This document shows positions 27,300-39,535 of a stretch of 64,000 nt of DNA, piece after piece. The DNA is taken from assembly GCA_040081265.1 (NCBI GenBank), contig JBEBGV010000001.1, positions 28,279 to 92,278 of the forward strand, read 5' to 3'. Made by a program: the position numbers and the translations under genes. The notes below the pieces were generated by a model, which searched no databases, had not been told where the DNA came from, and saw only the letters and a program-made list of their open reading frames with translations. Position 1 is the stretch's first letter. Every line of letters begins with the position of its first letter. Source of the stretch: Vicinamibacterales bacterium. Lineage in GTDB: Bacteria > Acidobacteriota > Vicinamibacteria > Vicinamibacterales > UBA2999.

Positions 27300-28784
27300 A
27301 TGGAAGTGTATGCTCAGTCCGTGGCTCCCCGGGTCAGATTTGCGCCTTCACCAACGGGATATCTGCACGTCGGTGGGGCTCGCACGGCTCTGTTCAACTG
27401 GCTCTACGCCAGAAGCCTTGGTGGCACCTTTATCCTTCGCATCGAAGATACCGACACCGAGCGCTCGTCCGATGACATGGTCACCGGCATCCTCGAAGGC
27501 CTCAGGTGGCTGGGCCTGACCTGGGACGAAGGGCCAGAAATCGGCGGGGCCTACGGTCCCTATTTCCAATCGCAGCGGTTCGACCGTCACCGCGACGCCG
27601 CAGCAGCATTACTGGCACGGGGGCAGGCCTACCGATGCTACTGCTCGACCGAACGACTTCAAGAGGAACGCCAGAAGGCGGAGTCACGCGGCGAGTCCTG
27701 GAAGTACGACCGAGCCTGTCTGCAGCTCTCCGCAGATCGTCTGGCTGAGCTCGAGCGCGAGGGGGTGCGTCCCGCTCTCCGCTTCAAAGTCCCTCAAGGC
27801 ATCACGGCATTCGACGATGCCGTCCATGGGCGGATCGAGTTCGACTCGGCGAACATCGAGGACTTCGTCATCGTGCGATCCGATGGTCACCCGATCTATC
27901 ACTTGTCGGTCGTCGTCGACGATGTGGACATGCAGGTGACCGACGTCATCCGCGGAGACGATCACATCTCGAACACGCCGAAGCACGTCCTGCTCTTCAC
28001 AGCGCTGGGTGCGCCCGTGCCCCGATTTGCCCACGTGCCGCTGATCCTCGGCGCCGACAAGAAGCGGCTGAGCAAGCGCCATGGCGCCACGTCGGTGCTG
28101 GAGTATCGATCTGCCGGCTACCTGCCCGATGCCCTCCGTAACTTCCTTGCGCTGCTCGGCTGGTCGCCGGGAGAAGACCGCGAACTAATGACGGTGAACG
28201 AACTGACGTCGCTGTTCTCGCTCGAAGGTATCAGCGGTGGAAACGCGGTGTTCGATACTGCAAAGCTCGAGTGGATGAACGGTCAGTACATCGTGGCGAT
28301 GCCGGACGACACGCTGGTCGAGGCCGTGATCCCGCTTCTGCGCGAGGCGTCGCTGTGGCCGCCAGCGGACGAGCGCGCTGACGTGTCGTGGCTGGTGCGC
28401 CTGCTGGCGCTGCTGCGCCCGCGTGCCAGGCGTCTGACTGACTTCGTTGAACAAGGTCGACCGTTCCTGGTCGATGACGTGGAGTTCGAAGCCGAGGCCG
28501 CCGGGAAGCACCTCGCCGGCGAGGCGGGCCGTCATCTGCTGGCGCTGGTCGACGCGCTCGAAGTTACCGCCCCGTTTGATGAGGCCGGAGCCGAACGCAC
28601 GGTGCGTGACACCGCCGAAGGGATGGGGGTGAAGGCGGGGGTGCTGATTCACCCGACGCGCGTGGCACTGGTTGGTCGCACCACCAGCCCCGGACTCTTC
28701 GAGACCATTGTCCTGCTGGGTAAGCCGCGGACGCTGCGGCGGCTGCGGCGAGCCGCGGCAATGGCGGGGGCGCCGGTCAGCTAG
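27300..28784 (+). CDS. gltX: Glutamate--tRNA ligase
   Basis: Contains RVRFAPSPTGYLHVGGARTALFNW (HIGH-type) and KLSKRHG (KMSKS-type). The track ORF's N-terminal extension from 27006 is rejected. Confidence 0.9.
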   Translation: MEVYAQSVAPRVRFAPSPTGYLHVGGARTALFNWLYARSLGGTFILRIEDTDTERSSDDMVTGILEGLRWLGLTWDEGPEIGGAYGPYFQSQRFDRHRDAAAALLARGQAYRCYCSTERLQEERQKAESRGESWKYDRACLQLSADRLAELEREGVRPALRFKVPQGITAFDDAVHGRIEFDSANIEDFVIVRSDGHPIYHLSVVVDDVDMQVTDVIRGDDHISNTPKHVLLFTALGAPVPRFAHVPLILGADKKRLSKRHGATSVLEYRSAGYLPDALRNFLALLGWSPGEDRELMTVNELTSLFSLEGISGGNAVFDTAKLEWMNGQYIVAMPDDTLVEAVIPLLREASLWPPADERADVSWLVRLLALLRPRARRLTDFVEQGRPFLVDDVEFEAEAAGKHLAGEAGRHLLALVDALEVTAPFDEAGAERTVRDTAEGMGVKAGVLIHPTRVALVGRTTSPGLFETIVLLGKPRTLRRLRRAAAMAGAPVS

Positions 28785-29127
28785 GCGCGACGCCGAAGCT
28801 TTCGAGCGCGTGCGCCTCTGACTCGCAGATATCGACGACCTTGAGGAGTCGAGCCATCGACAACAGGTCGTGCAGGCGTTTTGACGGATTCAGCAGCTTG
28901 ACGCCACCGCCCTGATTTTTTGCAGCCAGGAACGTTCCCACGAGCACGCCCAGGCCGGCGCTGTCGACGTACGACACCTCGGCCATGTTCAGGACGACCC
29001 GCTGACCCTTCAGCAGACGGCTGCTGACCGCCTCCTTGAGGGCGGTGTCGCCGTCACCGAGAACCAGCCTGCCGCTGATGTCCAGCACCACCACTGCTGG
29101 GCCTACCGCCCTCTCCGCAATCGTCAT
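28777..29127 (-). CDS. STAS-domain anti-sigma-factor antagonist
   Basis: Contains VVVLDISGRL, MAEVSYVDSAGLGVLV and GGGVKLLNPSKRLHDLL. The start is at MTIAER. Confidence 0.8.
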   Translation of the reverse strand: MTIAERAVGPAVVVLDISGRLVLGDGDTALKEAVSSRLLKGQRVVLNMAEVSYVDSAGLGVLVGTFLAAKNQGGGVKLLNPSKRLHDLLSMARLLKVVDICESEAHALESFGVAPS

Positions 29128-29416
29128 CGCATCCTCACCTGATGTACCGCGAGCGGAGGGTATCAAGTCCTGTGCCCGGTTCGCGCACGGGGAAACGCCG
29201 ACTTTTCCGGTGCCAGATCTTACAAATCGAACAATTTTGGAAACGTTTTAGACGAATAAGCCATTGTTGTAGATAGACCGTATCGGCGGCGAGTCAGGCG
29301 GGGCAAAACGCGGCCAATTCCGCGAGGTGCGGCGCAGCGCCGCCCCGAACAATCGGGAACAGGCCTTGCTATTCGAGTTCTTTCGCCCCGACGAGGAGAC
29401 CGGCGACAGGAGGAAC

Positions 29417-30394
29417 ATGGCGGAAGCCCCCACAGAACAGCATGAAATGCAGGCGGTCGTGGACGCGGTCTACGAAAAGTACCGACCGCTCTCGGACGGC
29501 GAAGTTGCAACCTACATTCCTGAACTGAGCAAGGCAAATCCAGACGATTTTGGCGTAAGCCTCGTGACTGCTGATGGACGGCTGTTCGAATCGGGCGACT
29601 GCGACCGGGCGTTCACCATCCAGTCGATCTCCAAGCCGTTCACCTTCGGCATGGCGATCGATGCACTGGGACACGACAAAGTGCTGCAGCACGTGGGCGT
29701 CGAACCGAGCGGTGACGCGTTCAATTCCATCGAACTGCAGAACGGGAGCAACCGGCCATTCAACCCGATGGTGAACGCCGGCGCCATCACCGTGACGGCG
29801 CTCCTGCACGCCAAGTACGGCGACCAGACGCTCGACATGCTGATTGACCGGTTCAGCGCCTTTGCCGGCCGCCCGCTGGCCATCGACCGTGACGTTTATG
29901 AGTCGGAGCGGCGCACGGGCCATCGGAACCGGGCGATCGCGCACCTGCTGCTCAACTTCGGCATCGTGCACGAGCAGGCGGAAGCCGCACTGGACCTCTA
30001 CTTCAAGCAGTGCTCGATCCTGGTCACCTGCCGGGACCTGGCGATGATGGCGGCGACCCTCTCGAACATGGGCTGCAACCCGATCACCGGCACCTCGACG
30101 CTGAGCGTGGCCTGCGTGAAGGACGTACTGTCGGTGATGTTCACCTGCGGCATGTACGACTATTCGGGGCAATGGGCCTACCGGGTCGGGGTACCCGCCA
30201 AGAGCGGTGTCGGCGGGGGGGTCGTTGCGGTGGTCAACCGGCAACTCGGGATCGGCACCTACTCACCCCGGCTGGACCGGTATGGCAACAGCGCCCGCGG
30301 CGTCGAAGTGTGCGCCGAGCTGGCGTCGCGCCTGGGTCTGCACGTCTTTGACTGCCTGAACGTCGGGTCAGGCTACCTCGACACCATCCTGTGA
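29417..30394 (+). CDS. glsA: Glutaminase A
   Basis: Contains VATYIPELSKANPD, FTIQSISKPFTF and NPMVNAGAI. ATG 29417 is preceded by AGGAGGA. Confidence 0.9.
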   Translation: MAEAPTEQHEMQAVVDAVYEKYRPLSDGEVATYIPELSKANPDDFGVSLVTADGRLFESGDCDRAFTIQSISKPFTFGMAIDALGHDKVLQHVGVEPSGDAFNSIELQNGSNRPFNPMVNAGAITVTALLHAKYGDQTLDMLIDRFSAFAGRPLAIDRDVYESERRTGHRNRAIAHLLLNFGIVHEQAEAALDLYFKQCSILVTCRDLAMMAATLSNMGCNPITGTSTLSVACVKDVLSVMFTCGMYDYSGQWAYRVGVPAKSGVGGGVVAVVNRQLGIGTYSPRLDRYGNSARGVEVCAELASRLGLHVFDCLNVGSGYLDTIL

Positions 30395-30418
30395 GACGGC
30401 GCCCCGCGAGGGGCCCAC

Positions 30419-30448
30419 TTGCGGGCGCGTCGAAGATCCTTCTAGAAT
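30419..30448 (+). promoter_or_regulatory. Candidate sigma70-type promoter for tRNA-Gln
   Basis: TTGCGG (30419-30424), an 18-nt spacer, then TAGAAT (30443-30448), 39 nt upstream of the tRNA 5' end. Confidence 0.35.
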
Positions 30449-30486
30449 TAGAGGTTCCCTCGAGTACGACACGAGCGGCACACTAC

Positions 30487-30560
30487 TGGGACGTCGTTCA
30501 ACGGTAGGACACCTGCCTCTGGAGCAGGTTATTGGGGTTCGAATCCCTGCGTCCCAGCCA
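30487..30560 (+). tRNA. tRNA-Gln (anticodon CUG), CCA encoded
   Basis: Hand-folded cloverleaf. Acceptor TGGGACG/CGTCCCA, D-arm GTTC/GGAC, anticodon stem CCTGC/GCAGG with loop CTCTGGA, T-arm TGGGG-TTCGAAT-CCCTG (two G-T wobbles), discriminator G, CCA. Confidence 0.85.
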
Positions 30561-30575
30561 TTTCCACGCGAGCGC

Positions 30576-31925
30576 TCAGCCCACCTCACGGGGCAGAGCA
30601 ATCGTCACCTGTAGTCCAGTGTTGGTCGGCGGCGCGTCGAGCAGCATCGTGCCCCGATGCAGGTCGAGGATGCGCTGCACGATCGACAACCCTAGCCCGC
30701 TCCCAGGCGCCCGCGTTCCCGGCGCCCGGTAGAACCGACGACCGACGTTCGCACGCTGTTCGGCTGGAATGCCGGGACCCGTGTCCCGGACCGTCACGCG
30801 CACCTCGGAGGCGTTCACCTCCATGTCCACGTCGACCTTCGTGCCCGGTGCGCTGTACCGGATCGCGTTATCGATCAGGTTCCTGAAGAGAATCGCGAGG
30901 AGCCCGCCATCGCCGGACACGACCGCGCCACCGTCATCGTTGAGTGCGATGTCCATGTCCTTGGCGATGGCCAGGGGTGCGAGCTCGCCGATGGTCGCCT
31001 TGAGCACATCTCCGAGCTCGACCGATGTCGGCTGAAAGGACACGGCGTCCGGGGCCAGTCGTGCCAGCGTCAACATCTGCTCGACGGCGTGGGTCGCGCG
31101 ATCGCAACCGGCCATCACGCCGTCGAGCGCCCGGGCGCGCTCGCCGTCATCGGCCGCTCCCCGCGCGACCTGCGCCTGCGCCCGAATGCCAGCCAGCGGC
31201 GTCCGGAGCTCGTGTGCCGCATCAGCCGTGAAGTTGCGCTCCTGTTCGATCAATCCCTGGACGCGCTGGAACAGTTGATTGATGTTGGTCACGAGCCCGC
31301 CAATTTCTGCGGGTGCGTCGGCGACGTCAATCGATGTCAGGCTGTCGGCAGCCCTCGACGCGACCTGCTGGTTGACGTGCGTGAGCGACCGCATCGCCCG
31401 GCCCACGGAGACCCAGATGAGGACGCCCAGAACAGGCACCGTCACCGCCAGTGGCACCACGAAGTTGCGCGCGACCGCTGTGGCCAGTTCATCGCGCTCG
31501 TCGAACTGCTCGGCCACCTGGACCAGCACGCGGCTCCGTGGATCCCAGGCGCTGAAGACGCGCCAGCGCGATCCGGCGACGGTCGTATCGCTGAATCCGT
31601 CCCGCTCGCCCGACAGTGGCGCGTCCGGCGCATTCTGAGAATGCAGACCAAGCACGGTCCCGCCTTCCCAGACCTGGAACATCACACGGCGGCTGTAGCG
31701 GTGCAGCAGCGGCGCGTGTTCGGTGTCGATCTCGTCATCGTCACCGCCTGATCGGACGCTGACCAGCGAGGCGGTCTGCGCGAGATGCCCGTCGAGCAAT
31801 TCAGACACTTCATGTCGCGCGTCCACGAAGCTGAGACCCGCAGCGATGATCCACGCGGCCGACACCACCGTGAGCAGCAGCACCAGGAGCTGGCGTCGGA
31901 CGGAACGTTGGCGCGTCTCAGGCAT
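30576..31925 (-). CDS. Two-component sensor histidine kinase (2 TM, HAMP, HisKA, HATPase)
   Basis: Contains the H-box FTADAAHELRTPL and the ATPase motifs NLIDNAIRYS, DTGPGIP, GSGLGLSIV. Confidence 0.9.
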   Translation of the reverse strand: MPETRQRSVRRQLLVLLLTVVSAAWIIAAGLSFVDARHEVSELLDGHLAQTASLVSVRSGGDDDEIDTEHAPLLHRYSRRVMFQVWEGGTVLGLHSQNAPDAPLSGERDGFSDTTVAGSRWRVFSAWDPRSRVLVQVAEQFDERDELATAVARNFVVPLAVTVPVLGVLIWVSVGRAMRSLTHVNQQVASRAADSLTSIDVADAPAEIGGLVTNINQLFQRVQGLIEQERNFTADAAHELRTPLAGIRAQAQVARGAADDGERARALDGVMAGCDRATHAVEQMLTLARLAPDAVSFQPTSVELGDVLKATIGELAPLAIAKDMDIALNDDGGAVVSGDGGLLAILFRNLIDNAIRYSAPGTKVDVDMEVNASEVRVTVRDTGPGIPAEQRANVGRRFYRAPGTRAPGSGLGLSIVQRILDLHRGTMLLDAPPTNTGLQVTIALPREVG

Positions 31926-32586
31926 GCTCGCCTCGCGGCATCATGTATCCCACACCGCGAATCGTCTTCACGACCTGAGCGCCCAGCTTGCGACGCAAGT
32001 GGTGCACATGTACCTCGACCGCGTTGCTCTCCACCTCATCCCCCCACCGGTACATCCGTTCCTCGAGCTGTTCGCGCGACAGCACGCGGCCGGCATTGAG
32101 CATCAACTCCTGGAGCAGGGTGAACTCTCTCGGCGACAGATCCATCGGCTGACCGTCGCGTGTCACCATCCTCCCGGCCGGATCGAGCACCAGCTGCCCG
32201 ATCTGCAGGAGAGGCGCCGGCTCGCCCTTGGACCTCCTCACGAGCGCCCGCAGCCTGGCCGCGAGCTCGTCAAGGTCCGTCGGTTTGACCACGTAGTCGT
32301 CGGCTCCGCTGTCCAGGCCGGCGATCCGGTCCTGAACGGCATCACGGGCGGTGAGGATCAGCACCGGAACCTTGCTGCCTCGAGCGCGCTCGCCTCGCAG
32401 GAGCTCGAGACCTCCGAGGCCAGGCAAGCCAAGGTCAAGGACAACCGCGGCAAACGGCTCGACGCGGATCGCGGCCTGCGCGTCTCGCCCGTCCTGTACC
32501 CAGTCCGCATCGAATCCGCGCTGCTTGAGTCCGGCGGCCAGGGCGTCACCGAGCAGAGGGTCGTCCTCGACAATGAGCACGCGCAT
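31918..32586 (-). CDS. OmpR-family response regulator
   Basis: Contains MRVLIVEDDPLLGDAL...VVLDLGLPGLGG (receiver) and a winged-helix C-terminus (LSPREFTLLQELM...VHVHHLRRKL...TIRGVGY). It overlaps the kinase start by 8 nt. Confidence 0.9.
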   Translation of the reverse strand: MRVLIVEDDPLLGDALAAGLKQRGFDADWVQDGRDAQAAIRVEPFAAVVLDLGLPGLGGLELLRGERARGSKVPVLILTARDAVQDRIAGLDSGADDYVVKPTDLDELAARLRALVRRSKGEPAPLLQIGQLVLDPAGRMVTRDGQPMDLSPREFTLLQELMLNAGRVLSREQLEERMYRWGDEVESNAVEVHVHHLRRKLGAQVVKTIRGVGYMMPRGEHA

Positions 32587-32599
32587 GGTCACCTCCTCG

Positions 32600-33007
32600 T
32601 CAGACGGCGACGCTCTCGATAACCCACGGACCGTAGGCGTTGATGAAGTGCGCGCCGTGGCTGCGGAGAATCTGCACGACCGTGTCACGCTTCCGGCGTC
32701 CGTGCGCGGCGACATCAACGACCAGGTGCCCGCGCACGAGTTCGGCCTCGTAGTGGCGGAGATGATCGCCCTCGGTCGTCAACCGTTGCAACGCACGCAA
32801 CGCATGCTTGACGCCACCACCGCAGACACCGTCGGCGTCGATCTCGCGCACGCCGTCGGTGCCCGCCAGGGCGGCGAGTTCGTGCTCCGGGACGCCTGCC
32901 CGTTCGAGCATCTCGACAGCGGCCTGCGCCTTCTCCGCATCGTCAATCACGGCCATTACCCGGTTCGTCAGGTTCCACAGGGTGTGTCCATTGGGGTTCG
33001 TGGTCAT
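32600..33007 (-). CDS. Hypothetical protein
   Basis: 135-aa ORF, 13 nt upstream of the response regulator on the same strand. No recognised family. Confidence 0.5.
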   Translation of the reverse strand: MTTNPNGHTLWNLTNRVMAVIDDAEKAQAAVEMLERAGVPEHELAALAGTDGVREIDADGVCGGGVKHALRALQRLTTEGDHLRHYEAELVRGHLVVDVAAHGRRKRDTVVQILRSHGAHFINAYGPWVIESVAV

Positions 33008-33100
33008 AAAGCCTCCTTGGGTGTCAACCTCGAATACCAGTGTAGGAGGCGGACCTTACCGGGCCCTTAAGACACCGCTGCCGGGAAGCTGCTTCGTAAT

Positions 33101-33577
33101 TTAGTCAGAGGTTCCTGCGGTGCCGGGAACGGCAGCGCCGCTGCGGATCTCGGTATGACGAATGAGTCCGCCGAGGTTCGCGGTGTAGGCCAGAGAGCCC
33201 GCCGTCACGAGCGCGAGGGCGAGACTGGCCATCATCATCGGACGTGACGGAGATGAGGCACGGCGGGCGCTCCAGAGCCCCGCGAGCGCGAGGACGCCGA
33301 GCGCCTCGCCGAGGACGAGCGAGACGAGCGCGGCTTCTTCGTGTGGCTCTACCCAGGGTTCGATGACGCCTGCCACGTCTTCGATCGCGTCCTCCGCGGG
33401 CTCACCCGACAGATAGGTCGGGATGGTCGCCAGGGCCGAGACGACGAAGACGACCAGGGCGAGCCTGGCGAGTTCAGGACGGGCTCGAAGCGTCGCCCAG
33501 GCCAGTACGGCAAGGCCGAAGGGAACGGCGAGAACAGGAACGTGGTTCAGCAGCAGATGTAGATGGGCCGGATTCAT
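33101..33577 (-). CDS. Hypothetical membrane protein
   Basis: 158 aa with four predicted TM helices (NHVPVLAVPFGLAVLAW...). Confidence 0.55.
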   Translation of the reverse strand: MNPAHLHLLLNHVPVLAVPFGLAVLAWATLRARPELARLALVVFVVSALATIPTYLSGEPAEDAIEDVAGVIEPWVEPHEEAALVSLVLGEALGVLALAGLWSARRASSPSRPMMMASLALALVTAGSLAYTANLGGLIRHTEIRSGAAVPGTAGTSD

Positions 33578-33622
33578 AGGTCAACTCCCTCGAAAAAGTG
33601 CACAGCAGGCACCACACAGTCC

Positions 33623-35896
<2,274 letters not shown>

Positions 35897-36077
35897 CTAC
35901 GTCCTGGGGCGAGCACTGAGCGTGGGGGAACGTTAACAACGAAAGATGTGACCACCATGAGAGCGGACACGCTGGAAAGGCGCGGAGTCGCTTCAACACT
36001 GTGACCGACCGGGGAACCGTCGCTGTTCGAAAGTGCACACCGTAGGGACGACTCGCACCACGTTGACACTGAAGACG

Positions 36078-36773
36078 CTAGCCCGACTGGTGCGTGGCGG
36101 CTCCGACGACCCGCCCATGCAGTCTTGGCGTGGAGAGCACCCGGTAGAGGGTGAGGAAGATTACAGAGGCCACCGTTCCCAGGTACAGGAGGCTGGCCCA
36201 CAGGGTCGCCCTCTCGCTGCCGAGCGCCAGCCCGTGAACCCACGCCAGCCAGAACGCGACGAAGCTGGCGTAGTGCAATCGCCGCCACACCTGCCCACCA
36301 AGATGACGACGGAGGTGGAAGCTGGCGATGAGCAGCACCGACAGCCAGATGGCAATCTGCCCGCAGGCCACCAGCAGCGGTTCGTAGCTGCCAGCGAACG
36401 GCACGACAATCGCCAGGAACGAAAAGCTCACGAACCGGTCGCCCATCAGCACCAGGCCGTGAAAGCTCGCGAAGCCCACGGCGGCCGCGCTGAGGAACTG
36501 GTGTGCGTCGAGCAGGAGCGGTGGCCGCATCCAGCTGCGGCCTGTACCTGTGCTGAGGAGCAGACCCCACATCACTGAGCCCCAGAGCAGCAGGTAGGCC
36601 ACGAACCCGGACGCCCGACTCAGATACCAGAACGATGTCGAGCCCTCGGTGATGCCAGTGGCACCCACACCAATGGCGAAGCCCCCCGTGGCGAGGGCGA
36701 TGCCCACGACCGTGCTCAAGAGCACGCTGCCAGGCGCCGCCTCTCCCACGTCAATTGCTATGGCCCGATGCAT
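36078..36773 (-). CDS. Ferric-reductase-like transmembrane domain protein
   Basis: Six TM helices with conserved His pairs (HQFLSAAAVGFASFHGLVLM; HLRRHLG...LHYASF). It overlaps the ApbE gene end by 23 nt. Confidence 0.7.
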   Translation of the reverse strand: MHRAIAIDVGEAAPGSVLLSTVVGIALATGGFAIGVGATGITEGSTSFWYLSRASGFVAYLLLWGSVMWGLLLSTGTGRSWMRPPLLLDAHQFLSAAAVGFASFHGLVLMGDRFVSFSFLAIVVPFAGSYEPLLVACGQIAIWLSVLLIASFHLRRHLGGQVWRRLHYASFVAFWLAWVHGLALGSERATLWASLLYLGTVASVIFLTLYRVLSTPRLHGRVVGAATHQSG

Positions 36774-37710
36774 GAGGTTCCATCTCTTCCTGTCGAAACG
36801 TGCCCACGGGTAACACGCGTCCCTGGACCGTGGTCAGCAGTCCGGAGAGGCCGCGCGCGAGCAGATAGACGGATCCGGAAACGCTTCCCAGCACCAGCAC
36901 GACCTTGGCGGCGACGTCGGCGATAGCGGCGCTCGGTGCGCGAACCGTGACGGAGTGGAGGTCGCTCTCTGCAGCCGTTCCGGTTCTCGGATCAACGACG
37001 TGGTGCAACATGCGGCCGCCCCGGCGCCACTGACGTCCACCGATACTGCTGGTCGCCAGTGCACCCTCGGCCAGGCGCACGACGGTGTGGTCGCGTTCCG
37101 GTTCGAACCCGTCCTGCACCGCAATCGGCCATGCCTCGCCATCGACCACCCCGATCACACGCAGATCGCCGCCCGCGTCCACCAGCACCGGGCCGAGTGG
37201 CGCGAGCTCGGACGCCACGTGGTCGACCGTCCACCCCTTGGCAATGCCGCCAAGGTCGAGGGCCAGATCAGTGGGCAGCGAGACCGCGTGCGCTGCGCCA
37301 TCGAGCCTCACGCGTCGCCATGAGCCGAACGCCTGTCCGCTGGCGACGCCGGCCTCCTCCACGCCGAGGCCCTGAATCGCTTCGAAGCTCCGGTCGTACC
37401 CCATCCGTTCGAGGGTGCGGAGCAGCGTGGGATCGTAGATTCCGCCGCTGTTGTCGGCCGCCCGCAGCGCTGACAGCAAGACGGTCCAGAGCAGCGGCGA
37501 CACCGCCTGAGGACCCCGACCTGCCGCCTGGTTGAGGCGACTGAGAGAGGAGGTGCTTCGGAACCGGCTGAGCTCGTCCTCGACGCGCGCGAAGGCGCCT
37601 TCAGCCCACTCGAGGGCCTGGTCGATGATCGTCGCGCGGTCGGCAGCGGTGCACCACAGCCAGACACCGACGTCGGTGTTCATCGCGCGGAAATGACGTT
37701 GGTGCAGCAT
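36751..37710 (-). CDS. apbE: FAD:protein FMN transferase (ApbE family)
   Basis: Contains FRAMNTDV, YDPT, LDLGGIAKGW and HHVVDPRTG. Confidence 0.85.
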   Translation of the reverse strand: MLHQRHFRAMNTDVGVWLWCTAADRATIIDQALEWAEGAFARVEDELSRFRSTSSLSRLNQAAGRGPQAVSPLLWTVLLSALRAADNSGGIYDPTLLRTLERMGYDRSFEAIQGLGVEEAGVASGQAFGSWRRVRLDGAAHAVSLPTDLALDLGGIAKGWTVDHVASELAPLGPVLVDAGGDLRVIGVVDGEAWPIAVQDGFEPERDHTVVRLAEGALATSSIGGRQWRRGGRMLHHVVDPRTGTAAESDLHSVTVRAPSAAIADVAAKVVLVLGSVSGSVYLLARGLSGLLTTVQGRVLPVGTFRQEEMEPHASGHSN

Positions 37711-37718
37711 TGGCTGAC

Positions 37719-37961
37719 TCAGGAGCGTCGTGTGCGTGTGATCGGGGCCTGAAACACCGGCTTGTCTGGCATTCGCGGCAATCTGCGGATGCCGGTCTCA
37801 TCGGACTGCGTCACCTGCGGCGAGATGACGACGCTGGCCGGCGTGTGCTGGTCGCGTGGAAACACCATCCAGCCGAGAACGGTGGCGCCGAACCCGGCCA
37901 GCAGCACCCACGCCTTCCACCACTGACTGGCGTCGCTTCCCGTTGATCGCTTAGTCGTCAT
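37719..37961 (-). CDS. Small membrane protein (weak call)
   Basis: Internal start MTTKR within track ORF 37719..38117. One TM helix (WWKAWVLLAGFGATVLGWMVF). It lies directly upstream of apbE. Confidence 0.35.
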   Translation of the reverse strand: MTTKRSTGSDASQWWKAWVLLAGFGATVLGWMVFPRDQHTPASVVISPQVTQSDETGIRRLPRMPDKPVFQAPITRTRRS

Positions 37962-38298
37962 CTGACTCTCGATGGCGAGAACGTCGTTCATGGCGATCCT
38001 CGTCGCCCCCAGACGCCAGCTGTGATTGCGCCGCCTGCAGCGAGCGGACCTGGGCGTAGGCGTCATCGAGTGCTCGATATGCTTCCTCGAGCTGCCCACG
38101 GTAGGCCGCGACCTCACTCTGAGTAACGTCCGCGTCGGTCGGCTGGGCGAGGGCGGTTACGACATCCGGGCGGGGTGCAGCCGAGGCGACGTGCACCCAG
38201 CCATTGCGGAATGCGACGGCCAGCGTCGCGCTGCCCAGAACAAGCAGCGTGATCAGACCGGAGATGATGACGACGGACCGATTCGAAGAACCTTGCAT
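37951..38298 (-). CDS. Membrane-anchored coiled-coil hypothetical protein
   Basis: 115 aa with an N-terminal TM helix (VVIISGLITLLVLGSATLAVAF) followed by a helical segment. Confidence 0.45.
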   Translation of the reverse strand: MQGSSNRSVVIISGLITLLVLGSATLAVAFRNGWVHVASAAPRPDVVTALAQPTDADVTQSEVAAYRGQLEEAYRALDDAYAQVRSLQAAQSQLASGGDEDRHERRSRHRESDDD

Positions 38299-38488
38299 GG
38301 CGAAGCTCCTTTTCTTGTGGAACCATCGCGCACAGTGTGGCGGCCAAACCTTATCGGCTCCTTAACGCCTTGTCGCATCCTCCTCAGGCGTGTGCGGAAA
38401 ACTCCGCGCCCACGGATTCCTCTCGCTACCGGCTGTATGTTCTGATTTGCACGGCAGGACCAATGGAGGTACGAGATCCTTCTCTTCT

Positions 38489-39535
38489 ATGAAAGCCCTC
38501 GTCTACCACGGCCCGGGCGTGCGCGCCTGGGAAGAGAAACCGCAGCCGACGATTACCACCGCGTCGGATGCCATCGTGCGCGTCACGACCTCGACTATCT
38601 GCGGCACCGACCTGCACATCCTCAAAGGCGACGTCCCTACCGTCACCGACGGGCGCATTCTCGGACACGAGGGCATCGGCATCGTCGAGAGTGTCGGAGC
38701 CGGGGTCACCAGCATTCGCACCGGCGACAAGGTCCTGATCTCCTGCGTGACCGCGTGCGGCAAGTGCGACTTCTGCAGAAGGTCGATGTACTCGCACTGC
38801 CGGCACGGTGGGTGGATCCTGGGGAACACCATCGACGGGACACAGGCCGAGTACGTGCGCATTCCACATGCCGACACCAGCCTGTACCCGATCCCCGCCG
38901 ACGCCGACGAGGAAGCGCTGGTGATGCTCAGCGACATCCTCCCGACGGGCCTTGAATGTGGGGTCCTGAACGGGCAGGTGAAGCCAGGTGACAGCGTCGC
39001 CATCATCGGCGCCGGGCCGGTCGGGCTTGCGGTACTGCTGACCGCGCAGTTCTATTCCCCGGCGACGATCATCGTCATCGATCTCGACGACAAGCGCCTC
39101 GAAGTGGCCAGGGCCTTCGGCGCAACGACCCTGATCAACAGTGCCGACGGCAAAGCCGCGGAGCGCGTAATGGCGTTGACCGACGGTGCAGGTGTCGACG
39201 TCGCTGTCGAGGCGGTTGGTGTACCGGCCACCTTCGAGATGTGCCAGGCGATCGTTGCTGCGGGTGGAAGAATCGCCAACGTCGGCGTTCATGGCAAGCC
39301 TGTCGACCTGCACCTCGAGAAGCTGTGGGATCGCAACATCACCATCACGACCCGACTGGTTGACACCGCAACCACTCCGATGCTGCTCAAGGTGGTGCAA
39401 TCGGGAAAGCTGCAGCCACAGAAGCTTGTGACCCACCGTTTCGCGCTTCAGGATGCGATGAGGGCCTACGACACCTTCGCGAATGCGGCGGTGGAAGGCG
39501 CCTTGAAAGTCATCCTGACCAATAGCATCCGATGA
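38489..39535 (+). CDS. Zinc-dependent alcohol dehydrogenase family protein
   Basis: Contains MKALVYHGPG, CGTDLHILKG, GHEGIGIVESVG, the structural-zinc CxxCxxC...C motif (CGKCDFCRRSMYSHC) and GAGPVGL. Confidence 0.9.
   Translation: MKALVYHGPGVRAWEEKPQPTITTASDAIVRVTTSTICGTDLHILKGDVPTVTDGRILGHEGIGIVESVGAGVTSIRTGDKVLISCVTACGKCDFCRRSMYSHCRHGGWILGNTIDGTQAEYVRIPHADTSLYPIPADADEEALVMLSDILPTGLECGVLNGQVKPGDSVAIIGAGPVGLAVLLTAQFYSPATIIVIDLDDKRLEVARAFGATTLINSADGKAAERVMALTDGAGVDVAVEAVGVPATFEMCQAIVAAGGRIANVGVHGKPVDLHLEKLWDRNITITTRLVDTATTPMLLKVVQSGKLQPQKLVTHRFALQDAMRAYDTFANAAVEGALKVILTNSIR

Noticed and set aside
29166-29416. A 250-nt AT-richer leader upstream of glsA, considered as a possible glutamine-responsive riboswitch.
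   Set aside because: I could not recognise the conserved pseudoknot/E-loop features of the glnA RNA motif by eye. It is more likely just a promoter/5' UTR. A covariance-model scan would be needed.
30394-30430. A GC-rich nested hairpin after glsA (GCGCCC…GGGCGC with inner GCCCC/GGGGC), considered as a terminator.
   Set aside because: There is no U-tract and it overlaps the putative tRNA promoter -35. The evidence is insufficient to call an intrinsic terminator.
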